Assembly (NCBI GenBank): GCA_035266845.1
Contig: DATFMP010000077.1
Location: forward strand, 809-64,808
DNA: 64,000 nt
Reading direction: 5' to 3'
Source: a bacterium
GTDB taxonomy: Bacteria > SAR324 > JACQKK01
Shown: one piece after another, positions 58,583-64,000 of the stretch
How positions within the stretch are numbered: the first letter of the stretch is position 1
Layout of the letters: every line of letters starts with the position of its first letter
The notes under the pieces: model-generated
The model's database searches: none
What the model was told of the DNA's origin: nothing
Seen by the model: only the letters and a program-made list of their open reading frames with translations
Position numbers and translations under genes: made by a program

Positions 58583-61500
58583 ATGGTCGCTCTCAGCACG
58601 ACCGCCCAGGTGGAAGAGGCGCTGCGTCGCGGTGCCGCGGGGCGCGGCGAACAGGCACCGCTCCTGCTGGACTACGCACGCATGCTGCTGGAACACGGCC
58701 CGGTGCGCTTCCTGGCGGCGCTGCCGGAAGCCGCGTTGCTGGACTTCATGGCCCAGCGCTTTGAGTTCGCCCAGCAACGGACCTCGCAACCCTTCGCATT
58801 GCGCGTGAGCGACGGGCCGGCCCTGGCGGGCCGTGGAGGCCCCGCGTTCTCGGTGGTCGAAATCCTCGTGGACGACCGCCCCTTCCTGGTGGACAGCATC
58901 CAGAGCTACCTGGTCGCGCAGGATCTGCGCATCCAGGCCCTGCTGCACCCCATACTCAACGTGCGGCGTGACCCACAAGGCCACATGGTGGCCGTGGCGG
59001 ACTACAGCGCAGGCGAGGGCACCAACGAATCGCACATGTGCTTCCTGGTGGATGCGGTGCCGGAGCGCCTGCGCCAGGGTCTGCTGGAGGAGCTGCGGGC
59101 GATCCTGTACGACGTGATCCGCTGCGTGGACGACTACGCGTCCATGACAGCGCACATGGAGCGCATCAAGACCGAGGCTGGTGCCGACAAGGCGGCCCGC
59201 CCCGTATCGCGCCTTATGCAGTGGTTCCAGGAGGGTAGCTTCATCTTCATGGGCTACCTGCCCTTCCGCACAGCTGGCGGAGCGCTTCAGCCCCAGCCGG
59301 AGCACGGGCTGGGCCTGTTCCATCCGGCGCTCCAGCCGGCTGCGCACCATGAGGCGTTGCGCGTGCAGGTGACGCGGTTCATGGAGCGCGCGGCTGACGA
59401 AGCTCCGTTCTTCGTGGTGGAAGAGACGACCATCGCGTCCAAGATGCACCACCGCGAGCGCCTCACCGCGCTGCTGATATCCCCGCAACCGGCCGGTGGG
59501 CGCCGCGAGGCCGCCGCGCTGGTGGGCATCTTCACGGAGCGCTCGCTGCTGCTCAACGTGCTGGAGATCCCGGTGGTAGAGGCGCGCATCGCCGCGGTGT
59601 TGCGCCTCCGCGAAATTGCACCGGCCAGCTACAAGCAGCGCGAGGCCCTGGCGTTCCTGAATGGGCTGCCGCGCTTCGAGCTATTCCGCCTCCCCGAACC
59701 GATGCTGGAGCGGGTGTTGGAGTTCTTCCTGGAGGTGGTGGATCAGCCCCGCACCGAGGTCGCGCTGCTGGAAGACGAGGACTCGGGCACGGCGCGCGTT
59801 CTGGTCACGCTGCCCGGCCGCGAATTTCCCCAGGCCAAGGTGCAACAGGTGCGCGAGCGGGCCGAGGCGCTGTTCAACCTCACCGCTCAGAACGTGTACG
59901 TCGTGCACGTGAGCACCTTCGGCATGCTGGCGCTGGTGTTCTATCACCCCGCGGGCACGGCTGCCGCCCTGCCCGATCCCGCGCAGGTGGACGAGGCCAT
60001 CCGCGAGGAACTGCTCAGCCGGGACGATCGTCTCGTGCGCCTGTGGCTGTCCGCCCGGGGCTCGGCGCTGGAGGAGCGCCTGGCACGCACCCTGGTGGAG
60101 GGCCTGCCGGAGGAGTACAAGATCGCTCACCCGCACCCGGAGATCCTCACCGATCTGACGCACCTGGAGGCGCTGGCCAAGTCCGACGCCCCTCAGTTCG
60201 TGCTGCGCCGCGCCCCCGCCGCCGGAGGTGTCAAGCTGGTGCTGTATGGGTGGGAAAAGCTCTCCCTCAGCCGCGTCATGCCCATCTTCACCAACCTGCG
60301 GGTGGAGGTGGAAGAGGAGGAGACGGTGGAGGTGCGGCTGCCGGAGCGCCTGGCCTTCATGCACACGTTTCTGCTGCACCCGCCGCCGGGCCGCGAGATC
60401 GACCCCGAGACCCACCAGGAGCCCCTGCGGCAACTGATTTTCAACATCCTGCAGCACCGCTCGGAGAACGACCCGCTCAACGCACTGCTCCTCAGCGCGG
60501 ACTTTGACTGGCGGCAGATTCACCTGATGCGGCTGTATCGCAACTACTTGATGCAGGTGGGCACGGTCTACACGCGCAGTACGATCAACGAGACCTTGAT
60601 CCGCCGGCCGCGCGCCGTGCGGGCACTGTATCAGGCGTTCCACGCGCGATTCGACCCGGACCTGGACGCACGCGAAGCGGCCCAGCGCGAGGCCCGCGAG
60701 GAACTGGAGGAGGCCGAGCGGGAGATCGACAACCTCACGGAAGACCGCATCGTCAAGGGTATCCATAACCTGATAGGGGCCAGCATCCGCACCAGCTTCT
60801 ACCAGGATCCCGACGATCCGGTCATCGCCGTTAAGCTGGCCAGCGCCGACATCGAGCAACTGCCCAGCCCGCGCCCGCTCTACGAGATCTCGGTGTACGG
60901 ACCGCTGATGGAAGGTATCCACCTGCGCGGGGACAAGATCGCGCGCGGCGGCATCCGTTATTCGGACCGACCGGACGACTTCCGCACCGAGGTGCTGGGG
61001 CTGATGGCCACGCAGATGAAGAAGAACGCCCTCATCGTGCCGTTGGGCTCCAAGGGCGGCTTCGTGGTCAAGGATCTGGCGCCTTACGATGGCAACGCAC
61101 GCGCCGCCGGGGACGCGCAGTATCGCGTGTTCATCCGCGCTCTGCTGAGCATCACGGACAACCTGACGCAGGGACGGCCTGTGCCCCCGCCACGCGTGGT
61201 GCGGCACGATGACGACGATCCGTACTTAGTGGTGGCGGCGGACAAGGGCACGGCGCACCTCTCCGACACCGCCAACGCCGTCGCGCAGGAGATGGGCTTC
61301 TGGCTGGCCGATGCGTTCGCCTCCGGCGGCTCCCACGGCTACGACCACAAGGTTGTGGGCATCACGGCCCGCGGCGCATGGGAGTCCGTGAAGCGCCTGT
61401 TCTGGGAGCAGGGGGTGGACGTGCAGCGCGACCCAGTCACCGTGGTGGGCATTGGCGACATGAGCGGTGACGTGTTCGGCAACGGTCTGCTCTCCAGCCG

Positions 61501-63325
61501 CACCCTCAGGTTGATCGGCGCCTTCGACCACCGCCACATCTTCCTCGATCCCGACCCCGATCCGGAAGCCGCCTATGCGGAGCGCGAGCGCGTGTTCCGC
61601 CTGCCCCGCAGCGCCTGGACGGACTACGATGCGTCGCTCATCAGCGAGGGCGGCGGCATCTACCCCCGCAGCGCCAAGGCGATCCCGGTCACGCCGCCAC
61701 TTCGAACGCTGCTGGGCACGGAGGCCGAGACGCTGAGCGGCGAGGAGATGATCCGCGCGCTGCTCACCGCGCCGGTGGACCTGCTCTGGAACGGCGGCAT
61801 CGGCACCTATGTGAAGTCGTCCACGGAGAGCAACGCGGACGTGGGCGACCCCAACAACGATGCGGTGCGCGTGGACGCGAACCGGCTGCGCGCCAAGGTG
61901 GTGGGCGAGGGAGGCAACCTGGGGTTCACCCAGATCGCCCGCATCGAGTTCGCCTCCCTGGGCGGGGGCATCCACACCGACGCGATCGACAACGCGGGCG
62001 GGGTGAACATGTCCGACCACGAGGTGAACCTGAAGATCCTGTTCTCCGCGCTGATCGACACGGGCCAGCTGGCCGGGCGGGAGGCCCGCAACGCCCTGCT
62101 GGCCGAGCTGGAGCCGGATGTCACCACCGCCGTGCTGCGCGCCAACTTCCGTCAGGTGTTGGTGCTGTCCATGGATCGCCTGCGCTCGCAGCGCAACGTG
62201 GAGCCCTTCCTGCGGCTGGTGGACCTGCTGGCGGCGGAGGGCGGGCTGGACCGCCGCACGGAATCCATCCCGAATGCGCAGCGCTTCCAGAGCTTCCAGA
62301 ACGAGGACGTCGGCGTGCCGAGGCCCGTGCTGGCCGTGCTGCTGGCCTACACCAAGATGCTGCTCTACCGGCGCATCGTGAGCGCGGAACTGGCGGGGGA
62401 CGAAGCACTGGAGCGTTACTACCGGGCGTACTTCCCGCCCAGCGTGGTGCAACGCTTCCGGCTGGAGGAAGCCAACCACCCTCTCAAGCGCCAGATCGTG
62501 GCCACCGTGGTCACGAACCGCATCGTGGATCAGGCCGGCATGACCTTCGTGGCGGAGCTGGCGGCCTTCGCCGGGCGTTCGTGGGTGGACGTGGTGGAGG
62601 CATACCTGCTGGCCGACGAGATCGTGGGCGGCCCCGACTACCGCGAGCACGTCTACGCGCTGGCCACCACCCTGCCCGCCGAGACCCAGTACCGCCTGCT
62701 GATGGAGTTGGAGGCGCTGCTGGCCGAGATCACGCGCTGGCTCCTGCTCCAGCCGCGCGGCGAGGCGCCGCTCTTCGCGGGCGAGGCTCGGCGCCGCGAG
62801 GAGTTCCGCGCCTACTGCAACGCGCTGCCCACTCTGCTGGATGCGGAGGAGAAAGAGGAGATGGCAGACGCCATCGACGAGCTGGAGCGCGTCGGCATGC
62901 GGCCGGAGGCGGCGCGCCTGGGGGCGCTGGTGCCCTTCCTGCGCGACTACCCGCTCGTGTGCGGTCTGGCGGCCCAGGGGGATATCCCCGTGCCGCAAGC
63001 CTTTGCCCTGGTGGCCTGCGTTGATGAGCGCCTGCGCTTCCGGCAGTTGGAGGCGGCGCTGGTGACCGCCCACTATGGCGACCGCATGCAGAAACGCTTC
63101 GGAGACGGTCTCCTGCGCACGGTGGAACTGCAGCGCCGCGCCAAGCTGACTGCCGTGCTGGAGCAGCGCGGGGCGGGCGAGCCGGCCGAGTGGCTGGAGG
63201 CGTGGCTGACCCAGCGCCAGGGCCCCTGGAGCGCCTACGAGGCCACGCTACGGCAGGTGCTGGCCGTCGATCGGCCGGAACTGGTGGCACTGGCCGTCGT
63301 GATCGGCCAACTCGAAGGGGTGTAG
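58583..63325 (+). CDS. NAD-specific glutamate dehydrogenase, large (~180 kDa) bacterial type (Bac_GDH)
   Basis: 1580 aa. Catalytic core ...RGGIRYSDRPDDFRTEVLGLMATQMKKNALIVPLGSKGGFVVK... and GEGGNLGFTQ, with large N- and C-terminal regulatory regions. Confidence 0.9.
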   Translation: MVALSTTAQVEEALRRGAAGRGEQAPLLLDYARMLLEHGPVRFLAALPEAALLDFMAQRFEFAQQRTSQPFALRVSDGPALAGRGGPAFSVVEILVDDRPFLVDSIQSYLVAQDLRIQALLHPILNVRRDPQGHMVAVADYSAGEGTNESHMCFLVDAVPERLRQGLLEELRAILYDVIRCVDDYASMTAHMERIKTEAGADKAARPVSRLMQWFQEGSFIFMGYLPFRTAGGALQPQPEHGLGLFHPALQPAAHHEALRVQVTRFMERAADEAPFFVVEETTIASKMHHRERLTALLISPQPAGGRREAAALVGIFTERSLLLNVLEIPVVEARIAAVLRLREIAPASYKQREALAFLNGLPRFELFRLPEPMLERVLEFFLEVVDQPRTEVALLEDEDSGTARVLVTLPGREFPQAKVQQVRERAEALFNLTAQNVYVVHVSTFGMLALVFYHPAGTAAALPDPAQVDEAIREELLSRDDRLVRLWLSARGSALEERLARTLVEGLPEEYKIAHPHPEILTDLTHLEALAKSDAPQFVLRRAPAAGGVKLVLYGWEKLSLSRVMPIFTNLRVEVEEEETVEVRLPERLAFMHTFLLHPPPGREIDPETHQEPLRQLIFNILQHRSENDPLNALLLSADFDWRQIHLMRLYRNYLMQVGTVYTRSTINETLIRRPRAVRALYQAFHARFDPDLDAREAAQREAREELEEAEREIDNLTEDRIVKGIHNLIGASIRTSFYQDPDDPVIAVKLASADIEQLPSPRPLYEISVYGPLMEGIHLRGDKIARGGIRYSDRPDDFRTEVLGLMATQMKKNALIVPLGSKGGFVVKDLAPYDGNARAAGDAQYRVFIRALLSITDNLTQGRPVPPPRVVRHDDDDPYLVVAADKGTAHLSDTANAVAQEMGFWLADAFASGGSHGYDHKVVGITARGAWESVKRLFWEQGVDVQRDPVTVVGIGDMSGDVFGNGLLSSRTLRLIGAFDHRHIFLDPDPDPEAAYAERERVFRLPRSAWTDYDASLISEGGGIYPRSAKAIPVTPPLRTLLGTEAETLSGEEMIRALLTAPVDLLWNGGIGTYVKSSTESNADVGDPNNDAVRVDANRLRAKVVGEGGNLGFTQIARIEFASLGGGIHTDAIDNAGGVNMSDHEVNLKILFSALIDTGQLAGREARNALLAELEPDVTTAVLRANFRQVLVLSMDRLRSQRNVEPFLRLVDLLAAEGGLDRRTESIPNAQRFQSFQNEDVGVPRPVLAVLLAYTKMLLYRRIVSAELAGDEALERYYRAYFPPSVVQRFRLEEANHPLKRQIVATVVTNRIVDQAGMTFVAELAAFAGRSWVDVVEAYLLADEIVGGPDYREHVYALATTLPAETQYRLLMELEALLAEITRWLLLQPRGEAPLFAGEARRREEFRAYCNALPTLLDAEEKEEMADAIDELERVGMRPEAARLGALVPFLRDYPLVCGLAAQGDIPVPQAFALVACVDERLRFRQLEAALVTAHYGDRMQKRFGDGLLRTVELQRRAKLTAVLEQRGAGEPAEWLEAWLTQRQGPWSAYEATLRQVLAVDRPELVALAVVIGQLEGV

Positions 63326-63332
63326 GCGGCGC

Positions 63333-64000
63333 TCAGCGCCCGCCCGCCCGCTCCAGCCAAGCCCACATGGCGTCGAAGAGATAGGCCTTCTGGTCGGTGA
63401 GGCGGTGGTCCCCCTCCTTGATCAGCAGCAGGTCCAGACCCGGATAGCGGCAGTCCTCCACGAAGCCCAGGCTGGTACGCCAGTCCACCGCATCGTCCTT
63501 CATGCCGTGCAGGATCAGCGTGGGGGCCTGGTAGCCCACCAGCAGCTTCTGTGGATCGTAGTTCAGCGCATCGTCCATCAGGCCGAAGCCGATCTCCAGG
63601 TCGATCCAACTGCTCTCGAATCGGCGCGCGCCCGTGCGCTTCCACTCCTCCATGGCTGCGGGTCCGAGCTGCCAGCCGAGCCGCCCCGGGAACTGCAGCG
63701 AGGGCGCGATCATCACCAGCGGTCCGGTCTCGCGGGGGTGCGCCACATGGTGCCAGGCGACGACGGCGCCACCCATGGATGAACCGATCAGCACGGGGTG
63801 CATGCCACCCGAGCGGGCCGCCAACCAGTCCAGCGCCACCCACAGGTCCGCCAGCATGCGCGTCATGGTGAGGTCGCGCATGGAGCCGTCGGAATCGCCG
63901 TGTCCGCGCAGATCCAGCGAGAGGAAGCCCCAACCCTGCGCGCCGAAGCGCTCGGCGAAGTGCACGGCCTTGTCTCCGCCCCGGTTGGAGCCGAGCCCGT
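63333..64000 (-). CDS. alpha/beta-hydrolase fold protein (partial; N-terminus beyond the window end)
   Basis: Nucleophile elbow GSSMGG, and an HG..D region near the C-terminus. Convergent with the GDH gene (8 bp apart). Confidence 0.7.
   Translation of the reverse strand, partial: GLGSNRGGDKAVHFAERFGAQGWGFLSLDLRGHGDSDGSMRDLTMTRMLADLWVALDWLAARSGGMHPVLIGSSMGGAVVAWHHVAHPRETGPLVMIAPSLQFPGRLGWQLGPAAMEEWKRTGARRFESSWIDLEIGFGLMDDALNYDPQKLLVGYQAPTLILHGMKDDAVDWRTSLGFVEDCRYPGLDLLLIKEGDHRLTDQKAYLFDAMWAWLERAGGR

Noticed and set aside
59681-63073. 508-aa and 615-aa minus-strand ORFs antisense to the NAD-GDH gene
   Set aside because: Artefactual open frames. The GDH sense frame is continuous for 1580 aa with conserved catalytic motifs.

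Overview
This is a ~70 % GC chromosomal segment from a diderm (Gram-negative-type) bacterium carrying about 50 protein-coding genes. I found no rRNA or tRNA genes, no CRISPR array, and no recognisable transposase or integrase.

Main contents, in order:
- An ABC-2 exporter pair and an acyl-CoA dehydrogenase.
- A GT9 (LPS heptosyltransferase-family) gene flanked by two diverged copies of a ~55 nt GC-rich structured repeat.
- A tungsten/molybdenum aldehyde:ferredoxin oxidoreductase (AOR) cluster with a MoaD/ThiS-like GG-tail protein, a MOP/MATE-like transporter and an AHL-lactonase-like MBL hydrolase.
- A crotonase + amidohydrolase-2 pair, divergent from an FbpABC/ThiBPQ-type ABC importer.
- Cystathionine-gamma-synthase-like, threonine-synthase-like, MFS, M20 peptidase.
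- A 96-aa encapsulated-ferritin (EncFtn) homolog with no encapsulin shell gene nearby.
- An orphan DppBC permease pair, an AraC regulator, and an AT-rich island in front of an MCP and an orphan histidine kinase.
- A complete Dpp/Opp-type peptide ABC importer (DppFDCBA order on the minus strand).
- PEBP, Tam methyltransferase, MarC and a 1533-aa Lhr helicase.
- A LysM / collagen-like membrane protein.
- A eukaryotic-type glutathione synthetase translationally overlapped with an HD-GYP protein.
- HAD dehalogenase and a spermidine-synthase-like gene.
- A degenerate ABC NBD next to a LolD-like ATPase, then bamA-skp-fabZ-(Gfo/Idh/MocA)-lptF/G and a 1580-aa NAD-glutamate dehydrogenase.

Most long ORFs antisense to these genes are high-GC artefacts. 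Most start codons were checked by hand against the sequence; several real starts are GTG or TTG.
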